Positions 42,315 to 51,463 of a stretch of DNA of 64,000 nucleotides are shown here, piece by piece. Where the stretch lies: the NCBI GenBank assembly GCA_963780625.1, contig CAWACH010000006.1, forward strand, positions 472,798 to 536,797, given 5' to 3'. The translations under genes were made by a program, and so were the position numbers. The stretch comes from an uncultured Methanocellaceae archaeon (GTDB lineage: Archaea; Halobacteriota; Methanocellia; Methanocellales; Methanocellaceae). Every line of letters starts with the position of its first letter. Within the stretch, counting starts at the first letter, position 1. The notes beneath the pieces are model-generated. The model ran no database searches. It worked only from the letters and a program-made list of their open reading frames with translations, and was not told the DNA's origin.

Positions 42315-42575
42315 TTATTTAAAAGTCTTAAACCATTTCTCGTATTCCTTGTGATCACTAAAACATCTTACGATATAGACCACTCCCTCTTCTATCTTGT
42401 AAGCTATCCGCCCCTGTCCGATGTCTTCGACAAAAATAGGTATCCCATGCTTTAAATGCCTTCTTTGAGGATTCTCCCGGATCTTATCAAAATACTTATA
42501 AAACCGGTCGATGATAGCGCCGTCCATTCCCTCCAGGTCGGTAAGTGCCAGTTCGGAAAAGGTTATCTTTGCCAT
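42315..42575 (-). CDS. RelE/ParE-like toxin
   Basis: ITFSELALTDL...KIRENP...GRIAYKI...VYIVR. Confidence 0.7.
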   Translation of the reverse strand: MAKITFSELALTDLEGMDGAIIDRFYKYFDKIRENPQRRHLKHGIPIFVEDIGQGRIAYKIEEGVVYIVRCFSDHKEYEKWFKTFK

Positions 42576-42599
42576 TAATAGAACACCATCAAAATGGAA

Positions 42600-42857
42600 T
42601 TATTTATTACCGTGTTTTTTTGCCAGGCTGGTTTTTACTTCGTCATATGTATAGGTCTTCATTTTGCCGCTTTTTATTTCCGACATGATGGATTCGACGC
42701 CTCTTTGGACGAGCGATGCTTCTTCTTCATCGACATTCCGCTCATACATGATCAGCGCCTGTCGTATGACTTCGGTCCGGTTCCCTGCATAGCCGCGCTT
42801 GATGAGTTTGTCTATTATGGCTTCGTATGGAGTGCCGAGATTAACGGTGTAGCCCAT
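42600..42857 (-). CDS. Ribbon-helix-helix antitoxin (ParD-like)
   Basis: IIDKLIKRGYAGNRTEVIRQAL...EIKSGK...TYDEVK; directly upstream of the RelE-like gene. Confidence 0.75.
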   Translation of the reverse strand: MGYTVNLGTPYEAIIDKLIKRGYAGNRTEVIRQALIMYERNVDEEEASLVQRGVESIMSEIKSGKMKTYTYDEVKTSLAKKHGNK

Positions 42858-42948
42858 ATTTTGTCACCATCAAGGAAAATGTATAATGAGTATATAATGA
42901 TTGCGTATTTTTGGAGGCTTATGGAAATGGCAAGTATTTTTCCAGAAT

Positions 42949-43104
42949 TTATATTAGGTTAAGGCTGTCGTCTTTCTGGAACGGCATGCAGTGCTTGCAG
43001 CCAAAGGCCGGGACTACTTTTACCAGCTTGAAATAACAGTACTTGCAAAAGCCACTGCAGTCCTTACCGGGACTGCCGCCTACGTCCGCTAAGATCTCGA
43101 CCAT
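42949..43104 (-). pseudogene. mmp10: Truncated duplicate of the mmp10 5' end (44 homologous codons)
   Basis: [44 protein letters not shown] then DDSLNLI*; direct repeat of 41051-41183. Confidence 0.9.
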
Positions 43105-43202
43105 GGATACACCGCTCTAAGGAAAGTTCATTCTCAATGAATAAAGCTTTTCAGATACTATGAGAAGAATAAGAGATATAGATTTCTAAAATGATAAAAA
43201 AG

Positions 43203-44069
43203 TTAACTTGTTATTATAACTGTCCGGTTTACCGGGTTCCCGAACCATTCCTGGTCGTGTATCATGCGGATGGACATATTATATTTTGTCAGGTATGGTG
43301 GGGCAGTTATCAGGAATTTCCATTTACAGGATTGGCCGGTAAATACAGCTGAGTCCGGGTTCATGTGTAGCCTGGCCGTTCGGGTAAATGGTGAACCGTC
43401 ATTCGGATCGTAAGTAATGCCAAGTTGTACCGAGTCATTTTCAAACCAGGTGTCTCGGCCCATATTTTCTACAATAAATGTTAGGTTAATCTGACTGTTA
43501 GTCTTCATAGAATAGGGCACATCGACTAACGTGAAGGCAACTTCATCTCCAGGTAATCCTACCTCGACATTTTTTACTAATGTATCACCAAATAATGTGG
43601 TATTATTTGTCAGCCTATACTCTAGAGAGTAATTACCATTTCCTTGAGGCGCTGTTATTGAAAATTTCCATATATATTGAGAACCGTTTTTTATGATTTT
43701 GCCCGGTTCCATAGTGGATATACTGCCAAATAATTTTGTATCACTCGAATTATTATCTATAGGAATGAGCACCGTGGTACTATTTGTCCAAGGAGCGTCT
43801 CCTGTGTTAAGCGAAATTATAGTAACATCATACTTTTGCCCATGTACCATACTAGATGGAATTGTATTATTTAGAAACGTTGAATTAAAAAATGTTGATT
43901 CTGGTTGAGGTGTGACGATATATGTGTTTGTTGGGTCAATTGGGGTAGAAGGTTTTGGACCGAAAAGTTCGAAATAAACGTATACTAATGCCCCAGTTGT
44001 AATTATTAATAAGGCTATAATAATGATCCCTAAGACGTATAATTTAGGCTTATCATGTTGTTCCATCAA
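43203..44069 (-). CDS. N-terminally anchored protein with two NBR1-type Ig-like domains
   Basis: TM, then two repeats NxGxxxW...WKFxITAP...; many NxS/T sequons. Confidence 0.7.
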   Translation of the reverse strand: MMEQHDKPKLYVLGIIIIALLIITTGALVYVYFELFGPKPSTPIDPTNTYIVTPQPESTFFNSTFLNNTIPSSMVHGQKYDVTIISLNTGDAPWTNSTTVLIPIDNNSSDTKLFGSISTMEPGKIIKNGSQYIWKFSITAPQGNGNYSLEYRLTNNTTLFGDTLVKNVEVGLPGDEVAFTLVDVPYSMKTNSQINLTFIVENMGRDTWFENDSVQLGITYDPNDGSPFTRTARLHMNPDSAVFTGQSCKWKFLITAPPYLTKYNMSIRMIHDQEWFGNPVNRTVIITS

Positions 44070-44262
44070 TTACACCGTATCCCCAAGTTATAAAGCATAT
44101 ATGGTTTGTACTTAAAAGATTAATTAAGGTTCTCCCTAAACATACAGTGATGTTGTAAATAGTGTTTTTTTAGATAAAGCTTTTTTGATGATAAAAATAA
44201 TTGGCATGAATATAATAAGATACAATTCGTTTTATTTATTAGTATATAGTCTAAATTTGCGG

Positions 44263-44661
44263 TTATACCTGTCCATCATATACAACTTTCGTAGAACCAT
44301 CTTTATATAATGCTGTTATTACAAGGTGTTGTCCTTTATTAGCTGGATATATTGAATTCGAGCCAATCATCGTGTTAATAGTACCTGAACTCGCCATTAC
44401 TATAACATGATCAATTGTAACTGTGAATGGACAAGTAACAGTAGGATCAAGTAAGTCTACTCTGCCCCCAGCATTTGTTAAGGATATAGTCGTATCGTTT
44501 ATTCTATGAACGGTTATACTTAAGGAGTCTGGTTGATTTAATCTTTGAGTTTCACCATAAACAAGCGAGGCAGCTACACCTGCAATAATTATAGTGACAG
44601 CTATAATTAATATTACACCAATAACTTCTGATACTGCCTCATTGCTTGTTATTATTGACAT
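44263..44661 (-). CDS. Archaeal type IV pilin (DUF1628-type)
   Basis: SNEA|VSEVIGVILIIAVTIIIAG. Confidence 0.85.
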   Translation of the reverse strand: MSIITSNEAVSEVIGVILIIAVTIIIAGVAASLVYGETQRLNQPDSLSITVHRINDTTISLTNAGGRVDLLDPTVTCPFTVTIDHVIVMASSGTINTMIGSNSIYPANKGQHLVITALYKDGSTKVVYDGQV

Positions 44662-44749
44662 AATACTACCAATTATTTAATATTTAATTTTACTAGTGAT
44701 TTATTGATTTAAGTACAAAATATCGATTACCAAATAAGAATTCAGATAA

Positions 44750-44788
44750 TTAAAAAAGAAAAATAAAGAGGATTTTTTATCCTCTTTA
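44750..44788 (-). terminator. Hairpin plus T-tract after the major pilin gene
   Basis: TAAAGAGGA...TCCTCTTTA, with an A-tract on the + strand (T-tract on -). Confidence 0.6.
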
Positions 44789-45262
44789 TACTGTTGTGTC
44801 GATTACGACTTGAGTCGTACCGTCGCAGCTTCCCGTTAATACAATGTGTGCAGGGGATGAGGTTATGCTTGTACCACTTATCTGATTCATACTACCTATT
44901 GTTAAGGTCGCAGAAGTTGGAGCAGTTGCAGAATAACCTAACACAGTTGACGCTGCACCTGCACCGGTTTGTGCATTCCATGCTACGCCAGAAGTCGGGC
45001 TTGTGATGGTTAACGTATTTAGAGCAGCTACTCCGCCAGCATCCTGATAGGTTACATCAATACAGGGTGTAGTAGTGCTGCCTGCAAGAATATCCCTCTT
45101 CATCGTGAATGCGGGACTCTTTTTCTGTGAAACTCCGCCTACCATACCGAATACGAATGCCGCAATAACTGCCGCTAAGATAACGGTGATTGCGACCATG
45201 AGGATAACACCGATTACGGCGGAGACACCCTCATCATTCTTTGAAAATCTGTTTGCCTTCAT
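44786..45262 (-). CDS. Archaeal type IV pilin, probably the major pilin
   Basis: KNDEG|VSAVIGVILMVAITVILAAVIAAFVFG; GGTGGAGG ribosome-binding site. Confidence 0.92.
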   Translation of the reverse strand: MKANRFSKNDEGVSAVIGVILMVAITVILAAVIAAFVFGMVGGVSQKKSPAFTMKRDILAGSTTTPCIDVTYQDAGGVAALNTLTITSPTSGVAWNAQTGAGAASTVLGYSATAPTSATLTIGSMNQISGTSITSSPAHIVLTGSCDGTTQVVIDTTV

Positions 45263-45771
45263 AGTTAATATTCCTCCACCTATTTGACGGTATGAAATCG
45301 AAAGGTTATTCCTTTTTGTTGTAAGGGATAATCCCCGCCCCCAACTATAGGACTTTAACTTATTCCATACCGCTTCTAATACCTAATTTACGGAAACCTT
45401 ATATTTATACCCTTTCCTTATCAACCCAGTTTTTTAAATAATATGTTATTTTAGGAAAAATATTTCCATGTTTGATAGATATATTGATAAATTAGGGTTT
45501 TATGCAATTAACAATAAAAAATGAGCCGACATATTTCACTTTTGATTTAATATGGAAAATATGACAATATTTTTCTTTAACTTAGACTTTCGAAGTAGTA
45601 TATTATTGTCGAAACACGAATCTAAACGAAAAATGCACGCCCCATAGAAAATATTAGCTTTTATATGGATAAAACCCGGTAAACAACCAGATACAAAGCA
45701 CAAAAATAGCCATACAATAGGTGAAAATGCATTTATTTTTTTGTTACTTATACGATTTGGAGATAAGATGT

Positions 45772-45940
45772 TAACTATGGCCAACGCTGCGGGCACGACG
45801 GCGACGATACGGTTTTATAGACTTTTTGACTATTTTTTGTGGTAAGCGATCTTTATAAAATCGCCGTGTCCACCGTGTCCTCCGTGGTTATTATAAACCG
45901 TGACCTCCGTGGTGCCTCTGTGACAGAGGTGGTTATAGCT
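45772..45940. repeat. Short decayed inverted repeat with 9-nt periodic CCGTG units
   Basis: CCGTGTCCA-CCGTGTCCT-CCGTGG at 45864; GGCACGACGG...ACGGTTTTATA (45793) loosely mirrors TATAAACCGTGACCTCCGTGGTGCC (45892). Confidence 0.5.
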
Positions 45941-46297
45941 TCAATCGTTTTTTATTATCCTACATGACGTTTTTATCATGATTTTACGTGGCGAGGTTGA
46001 TTATTCAGCGCTTTTCATGCGTAATATTCATTATACATCAGTGTTCTATCTGTCTTGTTTATACAACTTATCAAGTGAGTATAAATACCGACGAAATAAT
46101 TCAGGTTATAATCCTATGACCGAACGGATAGGCTCCTTTGAAACAAGGATAGGCTCCTGCGGTTCGTTTTTTGTAACGGGAGTAAGTCACTCGTACGTTC
46201 TACAGCCCTACATGCATGTCAAGAGCTCGGCCTTTAAAACTAAACATATAAGTAGTATACGATAGCAACGAAATACTTACCAAGGACTGATCGGCCA

Positions 46298-47332
46298 ATG
46301 AATGTGACCATCTCGACGCCTTCGCGCCTGCATTTCGGGTTGATAGACTTCAACGGTAATCTCGGCCGTATCGACGGCGGTTCCGGCGTAGCCATCTCTA
46401 ACCCGCGCAACGTGCTTTCGATCAAGAGCGGGAAACAGTTCCAGGTCAACGGCTCTGACCCGAAGACTATTTTGAACATCGCTAAGGGCATATGCGATAA
46501 GTTAGGCAAGCCCCTGCCCGATGTCGAGGTCACTGTCGAAGAAGAGATCCCGGCCCACGCCGGCTTCGGCTCCAAGACGCAAATGAGCCTGGCCATGGCG
46601 TATGCCATTTGCGATGAGTATGATATTCCATATAATGGCGTAGAAGGTCTGGCCCGGCTGGTAGGCCGCGGCGGCACCTCGGGCATCGGAGTCCGCGCTT
46701 TCGAGAAAGGCGGCTTCATATTAGATTGCGGTCACAGCTTTGGCGAAGGCAAGGAAAAAACCTCCTGCTTACCATCATCCGCCTCAAAGGCAATGCCGGC
46801 CCCAGAAATTTTAAGGTGCGACATACCGGAAGACTGGCGCTTCGTGCTGGTAACACCCCTGGATGACGAAGGTTCCCACGGGCAGTCCGAAGTCGACATT
46901 TTCAAGTCATCATTCCCGCTGGACGAAGTCGAGATCGGCAGAGTCTGCCGTGTAATATTAATGCAAATGGTACCGGGTATTTTAGAGAGGAATATCGAGA
47001 CCTTCGGCGGCGCCATCAACAAGATCCAGGAGATCGGCTTCAAGAATATAGAAGTGAAGCTGAAGTCGCCTCTGGTGCCGAATATGCTGACCATCATGAA
47101 CAATGCCGGCTCCTACGGAAGCGGCATGAGCTCATTCGGGCCGACTGTGTATGGCCTGACCAACAGCAACAAAAAAGCCTATGAGATAAAGGACGTCATC
47201 TCCGGGTATCTAGACGATATGAGCATCAAACATCAATGCTGGATCGCTGAACCTAATAATCATGGTGTTTCGGTAAAGTCCACGTTCGGGGAAAGAAAGC
47301 GAGTTTCGCCTATATCAATAATGAGCGAATAA
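46298..47332 (+). CDS. mptG: Beta-ribofuranosylaminobenzene 5'-phosphate (beta-RFAP) synthase, GHMP family
   Basis: TPSRLHFGLID, HAGFGSKTQ, GRGGTSGIGV, GMSSFGPT. Confidence 0.9.
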   Translation: MNVTISTPSRLHFGLIDFNGNLGRIDGGSGVAISNPRNVLSIKSGKQFQVNGSDPKTILNIAKGICDKLGKPLPDVEVTVEEEIPAHAGFGSKTQMSLAMAYAICDEYDIPYNGVEGLARLVGRGGTSGIGVRAFEKGGFILDCGHSFGEGKEKTSCLPSSASKAMPAPEILRCDIPEDWRFVLVTPLDDEGSHGQSEVDIFKSSFPLDEVEIGRVCRVILMQMVPGILERNIETFGGAINKIQEIGFKNIEVKLKSPLVPNMLTIMNNAGSYGSGMSSFGPTVYGLTNSNKKAYEIKDVISGYLDDMSIKHQCWIAEPNNHGVSVKSTFGERKRVSPISIMSE

Positions 47333-47348
47333 ATTCGATTTTTATAAT

Positions 47349-48453
47349 CGCACAAAACCTACTAAGCATCAGTTAGTTCGTTAGTGTTTGTGTGATGATC
47401 ATTTATTCTTGCTAGCATCTTTCGCTGGATTGTTCGGTTTCACAACACGAAGACATGAAATTCTTTTTTAGATTTACTAACACTAAAACATGAAAACACC
47501 ATGGCACAGTTAAATCATGAAAGCATGAAGGACTCTATTAAATCGAATTAAGCCACCAAAGCACGGTTATTAAGACACTAACGAACGACGTAAGCCACGA
47601 AGTGCCACAAAAACGAGACAATTAGAGTATTATTGCTCTAACTTTCCATTCGAAAACTAAAAATATGTTAACTTAGTTACATATTATTTGCATTATTATG
47701 TAATTAATGTTTGAGTGTGGTACCATTGGATGATAAGCCTAAAAAGAAGTATGAAACGATACCTTCCCAAGTTGAGGATGCCGCCAGGTATGCTGTCGAT
47801 TCGGCATATAATATTCACATGAAATTGGGACAAGGGCTGCTTGAAAGGAATTATGAAAAATTCATGGAGATCGAGTTAAAGAAAAGAGGATGCACTGTAA
47901 AAAGACAGGTAAAAGTACCCATAAAGTATGACGGTATCCTGTATGAAGATGAGTGCTACATCCTGGATATGCTCGTCGATGACTGCTTAATCCTCGAATT
48001 AAAAGCCGTTGAAAACATAAACCCAATACACAGGTACCAACTATTAACGTATCTAAATCATACCGGGCTGAGGCTTGGATTACTAATAAATTTCAATACG
48101 GCAAACATAGGAGAGGAGATCTCTAGAGTGATCAACTAACGATAACTTGTAGAAATATGCTAAGTTGGCCTAACGTTCCCTTTTTGTCTCGTTTTTGTGG
48201 CACTTCGTGCCTTACGTCGTTCGTTTGTGTCTTAATAGCCGTGTCCTGGTGGCTTATGTCGATTAATAGGGGCTTTCATGTTTTCATGATTTGACTGTGT
48301 CATAGTGTTTTTCATGCCTTAGTGTTCGTAAATCTAAAAAGGAATTTCATGTCTTCGTGTTGTGAAACCGAACAATCCAGCGAAAAGCGCTAGCAAGAAT
48401 AAACGACAACCACACAAACACAGAACTACTGGAGTTTAATAGGGCTTGGTGCG
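47349..48453. mobile_element. Element A: about 270 bp inverted repeats (47349-47621 and 48184-48453) enclosing a GxxExxY gene
   Basis: GCTGGATTGTTCGGTTTCACAACACGAAGACATGAAATT mirrored at about 48340-48382; GTGCCACAAAAACGAGACAA mirrored by TTGTCTCGTTTTTGTGGCAC. Mobility is inferred. Confidence 0.75.
47711..48139 (+). CDS. GxxExxY protein (PD-(D/E)XK nuclease-like)
   Basis: LGQGLLERNYE; LDMLVDDCLILELKAV; QLLTYL...GLLINF. Confidence 0.92.
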   Translation: MSVVPLDDKPKKKYETIPSQVEDAARYAVDSAYNIHMKLGQGLLERNYEKFMEIELKKRGCTVKRQVKVPIKYDGILYEDECYILDMLVDDCLILELKAVENINPIHRYQLLTYLNHTGLRLGLLINFNTANIGEEISRVIN

Positions 48454-48643
48454 CTTAATAACCATACAATTTCCCCGCCAATCAGTAAACGTTATATTAG
48501 AGAAGTATGTTTATTATACCGAGGTTACCCCTTCAAGTATTTGTCATATCAAGAATCAAACGTTTAACCATGACAGATGTGTAACTTCTTAAGTCATCAT
48601 CACGATAAACATTGTATAGATTTTGTAGGAGGATATAGTAGAT

Positions 48644-50710
48644 ATGGATTACACCATACTTGCGCCGATCGCGGGCATCCTCGCCCTGGTTTTCGCCGGT
48701 TACTTCGCCTATACGGTACTCAAGGAAAACGCTGGTACCCAAAAGATGAAGGACATCTCCGGCGCCGTGCAGGAAGGCGCGATGGCGTTCTTGAACAGAC
48801 AGTATAAGACCGTAGCGATATTCGCTGTCATCATAGCAGTTATTCTCGCAGTGGCCATAGGCATATGGGTCGCAATAGGCTTCCTCGTGGGAGCTATACT
48901 GTCTGCAGCTGCCGGTTATATCGGCATGAACATTTCCGTAAGGTCCAACGTGAGGACAGCCGAAGCCGCAAAAAGCGGATTAGGCAAGGCATTATCAGTC
49001 GCCTTCAGAGGCGGCTCGGTCACGGGACTTGCGGTCGTAGGATTAGGATTGTTAAGCATCAGCGGATTCTACCTGATACTAGCGAATTTATTGACGCCTG
49101 CCGGAACGGTAGTAGACCTGAAGCCATTGATCGGCTTAGGCTTCGGCGCCAGCTTGATCAGCTTATTCGCCAGGGTCGGCGGCGGTATTTTTACCAAGGC
49201 AGCCGACGTAGGTGCTGACCTCATCGGAAAGGTCGAAGTAGGCATACCCGAGGATGACCCGAGAAACCCCGCCGTCATCGCCGATAACGTGGGCGACAAC
49301 GTGGGCGACTGTGCGGGCATGGGCGCAGACCTGTTCGAGACGTACATCATTACGGCACTCGCGGCAATGCTGTTAGCCAGCATCCCGAGCATACAGACTG
49401 CGCTGACCGGCACATTCGGCCTGACAGCGGCAGGGCTGGCGAACCTCGTCACATTCCCCCTAATATTGGGCGCACTGGGCGTTGTAGCCACCATCATAGC
49501 CATCTTCTTCGTCAGGCTCGGCGCGAACAACAAGATCATGGGAGCGTTATACAAGGGACTAATAGTCGCTACCGTTCTCTCGATCGTGTTCTTCTACATA
49601 GCCGACTACGTGCTTCTTGACGGTAACATGGGCATATTCATCGCCTCGCTCGTAGGCCTCGGCGTGATGGCCGGCATATTCCTCATCACCGAGTACTACA
49701 CGGGCACTGGCCACAGGCCGGTCAACGAGGTCGCAAAGGCGTCCATCACCGGCGCAGGCACGAACATCATCACGGGCATCGCGATGGGCCTTGAGGCCAC
49801 GGCATTACCGGTACTGGTCATTGTCGTCGGCATCTTCATAGCCTACCACTTTGCGGGCCTGTATGGTATCTCGATCGCCGCCGTTGCAATGCTCTCCGTT
49901 ACGGGCATCATCGTAGCCATCGACTCCTACGGCCCCATCACGGACAACGCAGGCGGCATTGCAGAGATGGCCGACCTGGCCCCCGAGGTCAGGAAGATCA
50001 CCGATGCGCTAGACGCAGTTGGCAACACGACCAAGGCAGTGACCAAAGGTTACGCCATAGGTTCTGCCGCGCTGGCCGCGCTGGCCTTGTACGCCGCATT
50101 CAAGGCGGACATCGTCATGCCGGCAGGCACAACGCTGAACCTGTCCATCGATAACCCGATCGTCCTCATAGGCCTGTTCATCGGCGGCGCATTGCCGTTC
50201 CTGTTCAGCGCCTTCTGTATGCTGGCAGTCGGCCGTGCGGCGTTTAACATCGTCGAAGAGGTCAGGCGCCAGTTCAAGGAGATACCGGGTATCATGGAAG
50301 GCACGGCCAAGCCGGATTACGGCAAGTGCGTGGACATCGTGACCCTCGCCGCGCTGAAGCAAATGGCATTACCTGCCGCTTTAGCAGTGCTGAGTCCGCT
50401 GGTCGTTGGATTCCTGCTGGGCCCCGCCGCATTGAGCGGTCTCCTGTTAGGCGTCATCATCACCGGCTTAATGCTGGCGATACACATGACGTCGGGTGGC
50501 GCAGCATGGGATAACGCCAAGAAGTTCATCGAGATGGGCAACTACGGCGGTAAAAAGAGCGATGCGCACAAAGCCGCAGTCGTAGGCGACACTGTCGGTG
50601 ACCCGTACAAGGACACTGCCGGACCGTCTCTGAACGCTTTGATCAAGGTCATGAACACGATCTCGTTGATCTTCATCGGCCTGATCACCACGTACTACCT
50701 CATCAGATAA
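48644..50710 (+). CDS. hppA: Membrane-bound ion-pumping pyrophosphatase, K+-independent signature
   Basis: [53 protein letters not shown]. Confidence 0.95.
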   Translation: MDYTILAPIAGILALVFAGYFAYTVLKENAGTQKMKDISGAVQEGAMAFLNRQYKTVAIFAVIIAVILAVAIGIWVAIGFLVGAILSAAAGYIGMNISVRSNVRTAEAAKSGLGKALSVAFRGGSVTGLAVVGLGLLSISGFYLILANLLTPAGTVVDLKPLIGLGFGASLISLFARVGGGIFTKAADVGADLIGKVEVGIPEDDPRNPAVIADNVGDNVGDCAGMGADLFETYIITALAAMLLASIPSIQTALTGTFGLTAAGLANLVTFPLILGALGVVATIIAIFFVRLGANNKIMGALYKGLIVATVLSIVFFYIADYVLLDGNMGIFIASLVGLGVMAGIFLITEYYTGTGHRPVNEVAKASITGAGTNIITGIAMGLEATALPVLVIVVGIFIAYHFAGLYGISIAAVAMLSVTGIIVAIDSYGPITDNAGGIAEMADLAPEVRKITDALDAVGNTTKAVTKGYAIGSAALAALALYAAFKADIVMPAGTTLNLSIDNPIVLIGLFIGGALPFLFSAFCMLAVGRAAFNIVEEVRRQFKEIPGIMEGTAKPDYGKCVDIVTLAALKQMALPAALAVLSPLVVGFLLGPAALSGLLLGVIITGLMLAIHMTSGGAAWDNAKKFIEMGNYGGKKSDAHKAAVVGDTVGDPYKDTAGPSLNALIKVMNTISLIFIGLITTYYLIR

Positions 50711-50743
50711 GTTGGGATTTTATCCCAACTCTTTTTTCTTTTT
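50710..50743 (+). terminator. Hairpin plus T-tract after hppA
   Basis: AGTTGGGAT-TTT-ATCCCAACT followed by CTTTTTTCTTTTT. Confidence 0.7.
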
Positions 50744-50794
50744 AGATTCTTACCGCTTCTAGGAAGTGACGTTTACCATGGCGGTCACGTAGGC

Positions 50795-51418
50795 ACCATT
50801 GTAGCTAGCGGTCCCGCGTTTGTGTAGTGATCGTTTATTCTGGCTAGCGCTTTTCGCTGGATTGTTCGGTTTCACAACACGAAGACATGAAATTTCTTTT
50901 TAGATTTACTAACACTAAAACATGAAAAACACTATGGCACAGTTAAATCATGAAGTCATGAAGGACTCCATTAATCGAATTAAGCCACCAAGCTCACGGC
51001 TATTAAGACACTAACGAACGACGTAAATCACGAAGTGCCACAAAACCAAGACAATAGAGTACGGCTATAATAACGAGCGTCGTTATGCTATAATTGGATC
51101 GATATGTGAATACAATCGATGAGTCAAGAAACGGAAGCTGGCACAGCGTATACTTTTTGTCTCGTTTTTGTGGCACTTCGTGGCTTAAGTCGTTCGTTAG
51201 TGTCTTAATAGCCGTGCCTTGGTGGCTTAATTAATTTAATAGGGTCCTTCATGACTTAATGATTTAACTGTGTATCATAGTGGCCTTACTGTTTTAGTGT
51301 TCGTAAATCTAAAAAAGAATTTCATGTCTTCGTGTTATGAAACCGAGGGCCGTACGTGAGTCGCATAAAATAAAAAACGGCAAAAGCATAAACACGAAAC
51401 TGCTGGGCTACCGTGGTT
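50795..51418. mobile_element. Element B: empty copy of the element A family (core arms about 50866-51054 and 51157-51346, about 100 bp spacer)
   Basis: Arms closely match element A arms; no ORF inside. Confidence 0.75.
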
Positions 51419-51463
51419 AATCCCTAATGCTTTAAAAAAGTAGAATGGCCCTTGCGGGCCGGG

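Noticed and set aside
45454-45467. NrpR-type operator GGAA-N6-TTCC upstream of the major pilin
   Set aside because: It is a perfect match, but about one chance hit is expected in 64 kb. It lies upstream of the likely TATA box, and there is no nitrogen gene context.
45536-46265. ORFs 45536-45796 and 45978-46265
   Set aside because: No family motifs and atypical composition; treated as intergenic.
47349-48453. Classical IS element
   Set aside because: The enclosed 142 aa ORF has no DDE or HUH motif, the arms are far longer than usual IS ends, and no clear target-site duplication was seen.
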